64,000 nt of DNA from the human T2T-CHM13v2.0 reference genome, Homo sapiens: assembly GCF_009914755.1 (NCBI RefSeq), contig NC_060935.1. The stretch is one strand, 5' to 3'. The first letter of the stretch is position 1. Every line of letters starts with the position of its first letter. Below are positions 1 through 13,235 of the stretch, in pieces. Under the pieces are notes generated by a model that was not told where the DNA came from, did not search any database, and saw only the letters and a program-made list of their open reading frames with translations. A program made the translations under genes and the position numbers.

Positions 1-991
1 AATACAGAGTGACTTAGTACTTTTATCTTTGTATGAGAAAGAGAGAGTTTTTGTGTTGGGGCCGGATGGTGGTTGATGTCATTGTTTGGATGTTTGAGGA
101 TGAGGGCACAAATGAATGTTGAGTGTCTGAAAGGGTGGGATTCGGCAGGCGTGGTAAATTGGTTAACTCACGATCTCTCCCAATCTCTTTCCAGTGTGCT
201 TTCCTGTTCTTCAGATTCTACAAAGAGAAACACTCTGTTTCCCAGACTTGCTTACAGCAAGGGACTTAGATCCCGCCAGCCAGAGGCACTCCCGTGAGAT
301 GGGCAGCTGTGCAGGAGGCATCTGTCCTGCCGTGCAATGCTCAGGCACAACCAGTTTTGGAGCCAACAGTCCTGACATTGACTTTCTATCCCTCAGACGC
401 CAGCCAAGGCAGTGCGTTCCTGGAATCAACGCTCTCAATAGCAGCTTCCCAATCCTTGGCCAAAGTGATGTCACTCAGAGCCAGCGGTTAGGACAGAGGA
501 TTCTCCAGCCTCAGATTGCGGCAGAGTTCACAGTACCCTGGGGTGGGCTGATTCTGCAGGGTTGTTTTTTATGTCATTTCTGAAGGTCCAATTAATAGCC
601 CATTTCTCCAGCTCTTCCAATTATTTTATAAACACTAAAACCCTATATAGAATCCCTTAATGCTTAAAATGGTAAGAGTGGTTTCTGCAATAGAACCCTG
701 ATCGATACAGCAATAAATAGTATCCACAATGACTTATCAATAAGGAAAAGGAAAAAGAGAGAGAAAATTAAGTAAAAGACATGAATATTCCAGAGGGAAA
801 AAATAAGAATGTTCTATAAACTTGAAAAGATGTTCAACCCCATCAGTATTAAGGGCAACCACAACGAGATACATTTTCACATCCACCAGATCAACAGTTT
901 TGATGATGCCCCTAAGTAGTCCTGAAGCAGTGCCTCCCAACCTCTCTCACCTAATGGTGCACAGAGAAAGCCATAGAATGTTATCAGCACA

Positions 992-1296
<305 letters not shown>

Positions 1297-1558
1297 ATAC
1301 AAGCCAGTAAGAACAAGCTATCAACAGCCTCCAAAGACTTACATAAGATCAGTATTTCTGCAAGAAAATCAAGAAAGCAATAGACCCAAGAAGATTCATT
1401 GAAAAACAACGCCAACCCGTTAAGAACAGCAAGCAAAGAGGAGGCATTTTTCTCACTAAATAGTAGATACGTACAAGGGTTCCACCACAGCAGGAAGATT
1501 ACATCGTAAGACAACAACATTCAAACACGAAACACAGTATATATAAAATTAGAGATAT

Positions 1559-1850
1559 TGCTGGGTGCAGTGGCTCATGCCTATAATCACAGCACTTTGG
1601 GAGGCCCAGGCAGGCGGATAACCTGAGATCGGGAGTTTGAGACCAGCCTGGCCAACATGGTGAAACCCCGTTCCTACTAAAAAATACAAAAATTAGCTGC
1701 ACCTGCAATCCCAGCTACTTGGGAGGCTGACCCAGGAGAGCTGCTTTAATCCAGGAGGTGGAGGTTGCAGTGAGTGAGCCGAGATTGTATCACTGCACTC
1801 CAGCCTGGGCAACAAGAGCAAAACTCCATCTCAAAATAAAATAAAATAAA
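1559..1850 (+). mobile_element. Alu (AluS-like) with TSD
   Basis: Alu consensus; AAAATTAGAGATATTG repeated on both sides. Confidence 0.93.
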
Positions 1851-2337
1851 ATTAGAGATATTGATAATTGGGGAGGAGGGGGAGAGACTGGAGCATCTAG
1901 CTCCTATGAACACCCAAAACGCTGGAAGATAGGGAGACCCCCTGACCCTCTCCTGACTGTGGGCTGCTTGGTTTGTTAACGGTGGAGTAGCTTAGGATGG
2001 GCTCCTTCGTTCATCCTAAGGAGCAGGGGCTCACAGAGATGTGTTGGACTCACTTTCACCCTGCTACCTCATCCTAAAAAGCTCTGGGTCAGAGGCCCAG
2101 AGACCTGAGTTCCACCCTTGGCTGTCTGAAACCTCCCGAAAACCATTTCACTTCTCCCAGTCTCAGTCTCCTTATCTGTACATGGGAATGATTTTAATGC
2201 TCACTGTCCTGCTTATCTCAAGAGACTGTGAGGCTGGTCAAAAGAGACAAGGGGTGTGGAAGTGAAAGGGCCCAAGAGCACTTTTCACAGTCTTGAGTGC
2301 AGGAGGCCGTTCTGCCCCGTGCTGCTATGGGATCTTA

Positions 2338-2796
<459 letters not shown>

Positions 2797-2899
2797 TCAC
2801 AAGTGTGATTGATCACAAGTTAATCCTAAGTGGTAAGAATGAGTCCCGCGTTAATCAGGGTTCTGGTGTGAAAATTGCTGAGTTCTTTTATGCTCTTCC

Positions 2900-3650
2900 C
2901 CTCTTGCAGACGCCAGAGGGCGACATAGACGGCGGGACTCCAGCCGCCAAGCACGCCCGCCGCAGCCCCACAATCGGCCACGCGGTGGCGCTAAGCCACA
3001 CAATGCTTGGTTTTCCGCAGGCTTTGGGGATTAGAGGGCTGACCGGGGGAGAGCGGAGACCGGGTAAGGGGGGCCTTGGGAGCCAGGGAGCCCTGAACCA
3101 GAGGGTCAAGGACCCCTGGACGGAGTATTCCCCGGGCTCCCGGGACACAACAAGATCAGCTGGGAATGAATGGGTCCTGGGCTTTTGGGAATCTGAGTGG
3201 GGCATCCCTTCCTCCGGGCGCCGGGCTGCACCCCCTTACCCTGGGCAGCCGCGGGGCCGTGACGCCTGGCGGAGGGGGCGCGCATCTCGGCGCGCGCCGG
3301 TCTTCGCAGTGGCTCATTCATCGCCGCCGAGGCACGCCGTTGCCATGGGGACGTGATGCAGGCGCGGGGAGCGGGAGGGAGAGGGAGGCCCCGGGTGACG
3401 TCCGCGCTCTTCTCGCAGCTAGTCTCCCGCGGCCTCCCAATTCTTGCCTAATTTGGAAGAGAGCCGCAGCCCTTCTGCTGATGCGCGCGCGCTGGCGCCT
3501 TTTTAAGGCAACTGGCGGAGTGGCGGCTCCACCAGAGCCTGGGAGCTGCCCCCGCCCCCGAGCCGCGAGCCCCGCGCCGGGCCGGGGAGTCCCCGGCGCC
3601 ACACGCCCCCACCACCCCCATCTTAGCGCCCCCCACCCTCTATGGAGACA
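2900..3650. promoter_or_regulatory. CpG island / candidate promoter about 12 kb upstream of NPAS4
   Basis: High GC and CpG density; X-box-like GTTGCCATGGGGAC 3339-3352, CRE-like TGACGTCC 3396-3403, CArG CCTAATTTGG 3447-3456, donor CAG/GTGAGG at 3809/3810. Confidence 0.8.
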
Positions 3651-4696
3651 TTTCAACCAGGGAGAAGGGAAGTCCTGCCCTTGCCCCTCGCCCCCGCCCT
3701 GCTCCTCCAACAGGGGAGACTTCTGTCCAAACCTTGGAAAGAAACGAGATGCCAGGCCTAGCGCCTTCGGGGATCCTCTCTGGACAAGGCCACAGGGTGA
3801 AAACACCAGGTGAGGACTTCACTACCCTTGGGGCCACCATGGGACCCTGGAGACCTTTGCCTCCCTCCAGGCGCCCCCGACCCCTTAAACTTTTTCTCCC
3901 TGAGCTCAGCCTGGAGCAGAGTTAGGATCCTGGGAAAGCCCCTTACCAGTTGCTCCAACCCCCTCCTTAAACTGGAAGGGAAACTGAGGCCCAGAGAAAA
4001 GTAGTGATTGACTAGGGCCACATGGCACGTTCCTAGAGGAAGAGCATGGGCCAGAACCCACAGATGCTGACCTCCTGGCCAGAGGTCAAGGCATTCCTTA
4101 TGGTTGAGCATAGCCAGCCCCGTGTGCCAGTATCCAGCCCCTGCCCTGCACCAAGCAGAGGGGCTGGACACCTCTGTCATGGCACCAGCTGCCTCTCCTT
4201 CCCCAGCACAGTCTGGACCTGGGCGGACTTTTTGGAAAAGCTTCTGGATGCCACGGACTCCACGACCAACCAACTAGGTTGCTGCTGCTTGCAAACATCG
4301 CCTCCATTGAAGGATTCCTGCAGCCACCAGCTCTGGAACTTTCTGGAACCAAACATTTCCCCAGACTGCCTACAAGGACCAATTGGCCTCTGGATGTAGG
4401 TGTGGCCTGCAGGGGTCCGGCAGGGCTCCCCAGAGTCAAGTGGACCCAGCCCTTTGGACCCCCTGCCCGGTCCTATTGACCTCTGCTCTCTCCCTGCAGC
4501 ACTTCCTGGAGGCGTTTGACCGGGACCTGGGAGGGCAGCTGAGAAGTGCCTGACCATTCTCAAGGAGCTGCGTGGATTCCAGACATCTCTGGGCTGGTCT
4601 CTGGACCGGGATGGGGGACCCAGAGGTGGAGCCGAACACACAAGCAGCACTTGAGGGCTCCGAGGGTGGCAAGGAGAGAAGTTCCTGCTCTGGTAC

Positions 4697-4798
4697 AGCC
4701 CTGGGACCTTGAAAGGTGCTTCAACAGAGCGTCCACTCCCAGCGCCTAGCTCTGGGACCTTGAATGGTGCTTTAACAGAGCGTCTGCTCCCAGCGCCA
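4697..4798. repeat. Two-copy 51-bp tandem duplication
   Basis: AGCCCTGGGACCTTGAAAGGTGCTTCAACAGAGCGTCCACTCCCAGCGCCT followed by a diverged copy. Confidence 0.9.
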
Positions 4799-7700
4799 AG
4801 CCCTCAGTGCAGAGGGGGAGACTCAGGCGGCCCTCAGACACAATTCGCCAAGGTCGCACAGCAAGTCAGGGTGCCGCTAAGACTAGGACCTACAGCTCTG
4901 CCTCCTGGCCCAGGCTCCTCAGCACCTGGGCCCCAGAGGACAGCCTGTGGGAGGCCCACATGGCCACTGCACCATGAACCAAGGACCTGGTCCGGGTCCA
5001 CCTCCACCAAGTGCTGGCCGTGTGTCACTGGGGTCACTCCACTCTCTGCATTAGGTCTCAGTCATCCAAGACCATCTTTCAAGGGCCGTCACTCCAATTA
5101 TGAGTCTGGGATTTTCTGAAATTGAGCATTTTGGCCAGGCTGTGGGGTCCCTCTATGACTGCCTGTAAGACACTGCCAAGGGGACTTTCTTCCTTTCACC
5201 AGACTGAAGCTAAGAAGTGCTGGAGACAGCAGTTGCTTTAGCCACAGGCTGTGTAGACCACCTGAGGATGACCTGGGGGTCTGTTTTGTGCACCTTGGAA
5301 CCCATCGGATCCCTCCAATGGTGAGTCCCCTGGTGTACCCAGCACCAAGCTGTGAGAACGACCCCCAACGGGTTGGGTGGAAGAAGCAAAACTACAGGCT
5401 CAGTCCCAGTACTTACTCCCCTGTGTCCACACAGGCCAGGTCTCCAGGGTCCCTGCCCATCCAGGGCTGAGAACGTGGTCCTCTGGGAGCCTTCAGGCCC
5501 ACTCGGACCCCAGCATTGGGCAATGGGCTCATCCCTACCTGAAACTGGGGCTTGGGGTTGCAGCATTCAACTTCCAAAGCCCAAGAGGCACTGGGACAGG
5601 TGGCCCAGCAGGCTCAGAGATGCTCAAGTGCCAGAGGTTGGGAGGGCCCTTTGAGGCTAAGGGGTCTGACCCACTGCCATTTTGCAAATACAAAAACTGA
5701 GGCCCAGGGAGGGAGAGAGGTTTGCAGAACACGCCCAGCAGGCTAGTGGTAGAGCTGGGAACAGAATCTGCATCTTCTGCTGCTCCTATTCAGAACTATT
5801 CCCCTGCACCAAACATAATCCGCTGACATCTAGACTGAGCTCAGCTCGTCTTCTTCCTGGACCTTGGACTCCTTGGCAGAAGGCTCTCCCAACTCACAGC
5901 CTGTCAGGGATGGCAATTCAGGGGCTTTCCCTTCAACCCGATGGTCCTTTCCACCAAAGCTTCCTGGTGCTCCTCCCCTCCCACCAGTGCTCAGCCCTTC
6001 TTGGCTTCAGAAGCTGCTCCATCAGCAGCCGTAAGGGTCACTCTCCCCTGCTCACCATGGTTCACCCAACTCCCTGTGGTTCCCGCATTCCCCAGCATGG
6101 GGAGCACCATTCTCCCTGCTCGTGGGGGTCTCCTCTTTGTTGCCCCTCGGCCCAGTCCCTGACCTTCTCTGACCACTGGAGCCTTAAATCCCATCAGTCT
6201 TTCCTGGGACCCCCGGACTGTTCCCTGTAGATTCCCTCTCTGTTGGCCCAGGGCCTGTGAGAGTAATGATGGCTGGCATGTCATAGGGCTGCTGTGAGGT
6301 TTTCATGAATTAATACACTCATCAGGTACACAAGGTGTGGGTAGGTGCCTCATCTGTAAACTCCTATGTTACGAGCTGTGCCCTGATAGTAACAAGGAGA
6401 GACTTGAAGCTGGAGCCTCTGGAGGCTGAGGCATCTGTTGGTGGAAGGGGAAGAAAGGAGGTGCCAGCCTGGAGGAGTTTTTAGTAATGGGAGATAATGG
6501 GAGCCACAAGGGTCTTAAGCTGGGAAGAACATGGTCAGGTTGGCTTCCGGAAGAATGGCAAGGGGAGCTGGGCTGCTGAGCACCAGAAGGGTGTGTTGGG
6601 CCCGGCCCGGGCCCTCCGTCTCTGGCTTTGGTGAGCAGTGGAGGGGGCAGCTGCTGCCCGGGGAAGGAGCCTGCTGGGGCCCGAGCCAGAGCCCTGAGGG
6701 GCACTTTATGTGCATCCCTCCACTTCTCCAGGCTGCAGCCTTAGCCTGGTTTACTCCATCTGGTGCTCTCAGACCTGGCCTGGATCAAAGCTGCCGGTGG
6801 GTACCCAGGCTATTTCTACACTTGCAGTGCCAGGACATGTGCTGCCTCCTGAACCAGCCCCTGCCGTCTCTGCATAGCCTTGTTCAAAATTATATTTTTC
6901 ATAAAGTTAAGATAATGACCAACATTCTGCCATGTGAGCATTTCTTGTGCTCCTTTTATGCATCAGGCATTTTCTGAGTGTTTTAACTAATTAACTCCTT
7001 TAATGCTAACATCAGTCCCTTGATAGGGGTGCCATCATTCTCCCCACTTCTGTATTTAACAAATCGGTAAACTGAGGCACAAAAGGTTAAGTCACTTAAC
7101 TGACCGATGTCACAAAGGCAGTCTGTGGAGGAGGCAGGACTCAGCCCAGATTCTCCTCCCCCGCCACCCTCTCCTGCCTCAGGTACATCCCCTCCCACTG
7201 GCCTTTCCACGTGGACCGTGTCTCTCCCACTGCCTCTTGATGGTCCTTCAAACATCTGCAAATGCCACACCACCTCCTCAAGCCTCCTCTTCTCTGAGGA
7301 ACATCTCTCCATTCCTTCCATCTTTTAAAAATTTCTTACAAATGTTTATGAAGCACTTTACGCTGGAGTTGACAGTGGGCAAAGCAGTCACAGTCCCTGC
7401 CATGGTGACCACAGTCTAGTGGACAAGAGACAATAAATTCCTCACCAAAATAAAGGATTAAATCGCTATTTCACCAAGTGCCAACAGAGGCCTGGGGTGC
7501 CTGCAAACCTGTAACTGAGGATTTGGCCTCAGCGGTAATGTCAGGGAAGGCTTTCCAGAGGAGACGATATTTAGGCTGAACTAACGGGAAATTAGGAAGA
7601 ACTCGGCAGAGGAGAGAGGCAGCAGCACCCCAGGAGAGAGAACAGCATGTGCAAAAGCACTGTGGCGGCCGGGAGGGTGGCAGGCCAGGGACTGGAAGAA

Positions 7701-9789
7701 GGCTTATGCAGCTGGAAGAGAGGCAAGGGGGTGCATGAGGCCAGACAGGCTGGAGGGCTTACCAGAGGCAGGCCTGGGGGATGGCCTGGGCCCTGCCTCA
7801 CAGCCCTGGGTGCAGTTGGCTCCTCCTCACTGGCTGCTCTGCTCAAGGCTAGGCTTGGACCCATAGCATAAGTCCTAGAGCCAAACCTCCTGGCCCTGAC
7901 AGAGGCTGCCCTCTCTCCACTTTTGCTGCATGTCCCTGTTAACACAACCTCAGCTACAGTGGCTTCTTTTGTGGCTACCTGGCACTGTGTTGAATCTCAT
8001 TTATGAGGCCACACTCCTCTGTCCACCCAGCCACCCACCCAGCACAGCCTGGCCCAGTCAACACTGACTTGCCACCAGCAGCTCAACTCAAATGCACCTG
8101 CTTGGGGAGGCCGGTGCCAACTCCTCAGGCAGGGTCACCCCTCCTTTTGCTCTCCCCAAACTCCCAGCATGCCTCCTTGACAGCAGTATCCCACTGAAGT
8201 GGCTGGATGGACCCCTTGCTCTCTCACCAGCCTGCAGGTTCCATGAGGCCAAGACCAGCTGTCTGTGGGCACCATCACATCACTGCAGAGGCTGGCACAA
8301 ACTCTGCCCTCAGCTGTTTGTTGCATGAATGACTTACATGCCTGAGCCCCTGCCCTGTGCCAGGCCTTGTGCTGGATGCTGGGAACATGAAGACCAGTTG
8401 TAGATGCTGGTAGGGGAGACAGCCAAGTAAACACGCAGGGACAATGCAGGGTGCAGAGTGCGGTGACGAGGAAGCACAGGGGCTGGGGGGCACTGAGGGG
8501 GTCCCCGGACCTCACTGGAGGACCAGAAGGGCCAGAATTTGCCAGCTGGGAGTGGTGGTGGAGAGGACTCTGAAAATGAATGTGAGGAAAATCCGCCTCC
8601 TCCAGCCTCCCCAGGGCAGGTCAAGAGTATTGGTCGCTGCTCTGCATTTGAAAAGTGGCTTTAGTTGATTAGGTTTCTTTCCCCTCTTGGAATGTGGCTG
8701 CTCTGACTTGCTCCTCACTGCATTCCTTGCATCCTCTTCTCTCAGCCCTGCCTTCAGGACATTGCCCACAAAAGTTTCATCTTTTCCCACCTGGGCTCTA
8801 CTCTCCCTCTCCCACCCCCTCCATGGTTCTATGTCCCTCACCTTCCTGGCTTTCAGCTCATTCACCCAGCTCTGGCCGTCTCAATGCGTGGGTGCCAGCC
8901 TGCACCCTCTTTACATGAGCTTTGTTGATTTCATAACCATAAATAGATAAAATGTTCTGAATGCTTTCATGTGCAAGTAGAATTGAGGGAGTGATAGCAT
9001 AATGAAAAGGCCTCAGGAAAAGGAAAACAGCTTGCTAAGATGCAGCGGAAGACAACACGGTCACTGCACAAGCCAGCTCTGCGTGGGTTTCCTATTCTCA
9101 CTGCACTGACCGCGGAGCCATGGACGCAGGATGGGGAGGTGCTTAGGAATCTGTTAGAAAACCTTTCCCTGGTTTCAAATCCACCAATTCAAAAGAACAA
9201 CCTAGAAAAAAAACAGTAGAAGTCAGGAAAACCTGGGTTCAATTGTGGATTTATCTCATTCTAGCTGTGTGATCCTAGGCAAGTTAATCAACTTCTCTGA
9301 GAAGGCATAGAGAGATTCTTCCCCCTTGGGTCAGACTGGAGGCTTCGGGAGGCCCAATATCCCACAATACCTTCCTTTTCCTCCCATATGTAAATTTTGT
9401 CTTCCTGACAATTCGTTAATCACCAGCCCTGAGACCCCCCTGCCCAAAATGCAGTCCTGAAGACTAGGGTCGGAATAGGGATGGAATGGGGTACCCTGCC
9501 TCCTCATTGCCTGTTCCAACTCCTGGTGCAGGAAGTGGAGCATCATCCTGCATGGGGAGGGTACATCTCCACAGCCACAAAAGGGGCTGGAAACCAATAA
9601 GGAGCCTGACCCATTGGGCTTCCCACCTCTCCTCCTTTAAGTTGTCCAGGAGCACTACTTCTCCATGGCCTTTGGAACAGTAAAGGGGGCTGAAATGATA
9701 GCTTGGTATACCCTGGGTTAAGAGAGCTTTCTGGGTGAGAAAGAGAAACAAGTGGAGATATTCCTGGTGTGAACTCATCCTCTGGTCTA

Positions 9790-10027
9790 AGGATGGCACG
9801 CTTTTTCTCTAAAGGATCAATTAGTAAAAAGTGTCAAAAAGTTCTTTAGGCTTTTTGAACCATATGGTCTCTGTTGCAACTACTCAGCTCTTCCACTGTA
9901 ATGTGAAAACAGCCATAGACAATGAGTAAATGAATGAATGTGACTGTGTTCCAATAAAACTTTATTTACAAAAGGAGGCAGCAGGCTAGATGTGGCTAGA
10001 TTTGCAGTCCATAGTTTGTAAACCCTA
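9790..10027. mobile_element. MER58-like hAT DNA transposon remnant
   Basis: Characteristic CTCTGTTGCAACTACTCAGCTC and GTTCCAATAAAACTTTATTTACAAAA motifs. Confidence 0.7.
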
Positions 10028-10186
10028 GCCCTATCACGTGGTGCAAAAGAGAAAGCTTGGGTTGGGAGCAGGAACTAGGGGTGAGGCTCAGCATTGCCAG
10101 ACTTGCTGTGTGACTTTGATTAAGTCATTATCTATCTCTGAGCCTTTGTTTCACCATCTATCAAATGAGCATCATAATATCAGTCA

Positions 10187-10445
<259 letters not shown>

Positions 10446-11459
10446 ATAAATAACAATAATGATATCAGCCAGATTTGTCGTGAGAATGTGTCTAACAGGC
10501 CAGAGCAAATCTGAAGTCTTTTTGTCCCTCTGCTTCATAACGTTAAGTGGATTTGCACCCACTGCCCATGCCAACCTCAGCTGGCCATGCCCTTGCCTGC
10601 TGAGGGTAGCAGCAGCCTGCCAGAAAGGAAGGTGTCTCTCTCCAGGGTCAGATTCTTCATCTGTCTTTCCAAGCTCGAGCCCCAAGTGACCCCATTTCTG
10701 TAGCAAGCCAAGCACGGGAGGAAACAAGGAATCCCTTTCTTTCCACCATCCAGTCATTTGGCAACAAGCTACAGTTCACTTGAGAGAGTGATATGGCTGC
10801 AGTGGCTGGTGGCCAGGCTTTGGAGGAGGCCTTGGAGACTCAGGCTGGGAATAGAACTATGAAAAATGGGCTTCAGTGCTCCTCTGGAACATTAACCTAT
10901 GGCCATAAGTTAAGTAGTTGCAGCTGTGGTCTCATTGGTAACTTGCAGCACCACCAATTGCATCAATGCATCTTTCTTGGACCATCTTGCCCACCTGTCT
11001 GGTCTGACCACTACTGCAAGCTTGCATCCTTTGGCATATTGTCATTTTCTCTGAAGCCCCATTCAGTGATTCATTCATTCATATTCTTTCTGTCTCTCCC
11101 CACTTCCCTTCCCTTCCTCCCCCTTTCTCTTTCTCATAGACACATTTGTCCAGAGCAAGACAAGATCACACTTTGACAGCCCTCTGTCAAGATCCTTGCT
11201 CCAAATCTCCAGACTAGCAGCCAGGAGTCTCCATGCTGTTCTGAAGAAGCAGATTCCTCACCCACCCTTCAACTCCTTCCCAGGAGGTAATCCTCCTCCA
11301 AATCTCTGGAAAAGATACACCTCCTCTTCTCTGATAAAGGCTGGGGGGTGATGCCCCTCCCCCAGTTTCCCAATAAAGCTATGCAAGACAGGAGCAAGGG
11401 ATCTCACGGCCTGTTTTTGCTACAAAAACCCTTTTTCGGAAAAAATAATAAAGAAAGGA

Positions 11460-11745
11460 ATCAGCCAATCCCTCCTCGATGCCATCACCTCTTCTCGGTG
11501 ATTTTTCGGGGAAGGAGTGGGTGGGTTGCTATGGCAACAGATGCGAGCTCGTCTCAGTAAAGAAGGGACCTTGATATTTTTTTCTCTCTCTCATTCTCTC
11601 AGTTGTGTGTGTGTGCGTGCATGTGTATGTGCGCCTGTGTGTGTGTGCATGCGCGCTACACATGCCTGTGCCCACACCAGGAATTTTTTTTTTTTAGAAC
11701 TAAAGAAAGCCCTTCTCTTCTCTCAGCTCTCCAAATATGGAGTGA
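11460..11745. promoter_or_regulatory. Enhancer-like module: CCAAT, RFX X-box, (TG)n, CArG box
   Basis: CCAAT 11465; GTTGCTATGGCAAC 11525-11538; TG repeat 11604-11650; CCAAATATGG 11731-11740. Confidence 0.6.
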
Positions 11746-12331
11746 TGGAAAACCACTTACTCCTGCAGGCCAGGGAGAATTCAGGATGATTCAAGAGAAA
11801 AGGGAGAGGTCATGTGGGGCTCCTTTCCTCCATGTTTTTACTAGAGATTGCATGCAACAAGAGAGCTTTGCAAATGGTTAGGGGGCCTTTGGAAAGAGGA
11901 GAAGATGTTAGGTGGAAAGAGGTGAGCAAGATATAGATGGTGCAGGAACTCAACGGGTGACCTCAGAGAGGGCAACAGAAGCTATATTGAGTCTGGGGAC
12001 GCATGTACATCCCACCACACCATCAGATGCTGAAAGACCCAGAGCAGACTCAGATATGGACACAAACACAGACACTGACAGAAAGGCATATGGAAAATTG
12101 TAGACATAAATACACACAGGCACAAACATAGAACTGCACAGAACATAGGAAGTTGGAGACAAAAAAAAAAGACAAGCATAGATGCAGGCATAGGTAAACA
12201 TAGATATACAGGGGTACAGACTCGCAGCTACAAAGACACATGCAAACAGATAGAGATGTAGACATCCAACCACCTCCAGACAGGTTTGGAGGCAGACACA
12301 CAGGACACACAAACACAGTCTCAGTCAAATG

Positions 12332-12368
12332 AACACACACACACACAAACACACAGACACACACACAG
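12332..12368. repeat. Imperfect (CA)n microsatellite ending a CA-rich tract
   Basis: ACACACACACACAAACACACAGACACACACAC. Confidence 0.85.
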
Positions 12369-12619
12369 AGTCTGGCTCTTTTCCTTCAATTGCCCAAGCA
12401 TCCTTGAGCAGTAGTGCATAGCTGAGGATGCTGCACGCTTGCCCAGTAGGTTTGGCTGAGAGGCTTGCTCTCCCATTCCTTCTACACGCTCACCCCAAAG
12501 CCCCTCTCCCAATTCACTCCCTTGCCCACTTTCCCACAGCCAGCAGGCTCTGATGCCTCCCCCATCTCAGGCTTCTAATTCTTAGCTTGTTCTGCTGCTG
12601 CCTGCCACTTGGGGGAGAG

Positions 12620-12820
12620 AGTGGGGTGACTCAGCCAGGCCAGGATGACTCACACTGCCAGTATTTTTAGCAGCGGCCAGGAGCTCTCTAGTGTGCCAGC
12701 CGCCCCCCTCCTCCTGCTTGCTATTTCGGAACCGTCACTGGTGATATAAATAGCTCCTCTCCCACGGCCTGAAGCTGCTGCCAAGCTATTTTTGGTTCTG
12801 CACAGTTAAAAATAGCTTCA
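12620..12820. promoter_or_regulatory. NPAS4 upstream activity-regulated enhancer (AP-1 / MEF2 cluster)
   Basis: TGACTCA at 12627 and 12646; MEF2-type GTATTTTTAG 12661, ATATAAATAG 12744, CTATTTTTGG 12786, TTAAAAATAG 12806; half-CRE CGTCA 12733. Confidence 0.8.
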
Positions 12821-13214
12821 CGGAGGTGGGAGGCAAGGGGAGTGGGAGCTGGCCTAGGGAGAGGAGACATTGGGGCACACAGAGCTTCTCAACTTGAATC
12901 AGAGTGGGCGAACTAGGATGAGCCCTTCTCTACCCCCTCCCTTGTCCCTTTCTAGACCCTTCTTCCCTTCCAAAGTGTTTCTTCCCATTCCATTCTCCTG
13001 GAAAAAGCCAGGGGCTCTTCCCCTGAGCCCAGTTCTCCTCCCTTGCTTACTTCACCCTTAGAGCCCAGAAATCTTGGCCCCCTGCAAACCCTCCATATTC
13101 ATTCACAGAGAATAAGGGGACAGTCAAAGAGTAGGCTCACTCTGAGGCCTGTGGGTACCCAAGCCCTACGTCGATGTCCCCGGCAAACCGTAGCATGACT
13201 TCCATGGTGACTCT

Positions 13215-13235
13215 TTCAGCACCACGGACAGCGGT
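13215..13235 (+). promoter_or_regulatory. Canonical RE1/NRSE (REST site)
   Basis: TTCAGCACCACGGACAGCGGT, 19/21 match to TTCAGCACCACGGACAGCGCC. Confidence 0.92.

Noticed and set aside
3498-3508. Second CArG-like CCTTTTTAAGG
   Set aside because: Seven A/T bases between CC and GG rather than six; may instead be a weak TATA-like element
2805-3813. Overlapping 160-215 aa ORFs
   Set aside because: GC-rich CpG island with few stops; low-complexity products with no recognisable domain
10477-10483. GTCGTGA NPAS4/ARNT-type motif suggesting autoregulation
   Set aside because: Single 7-mer next to an Alu, expected by chance
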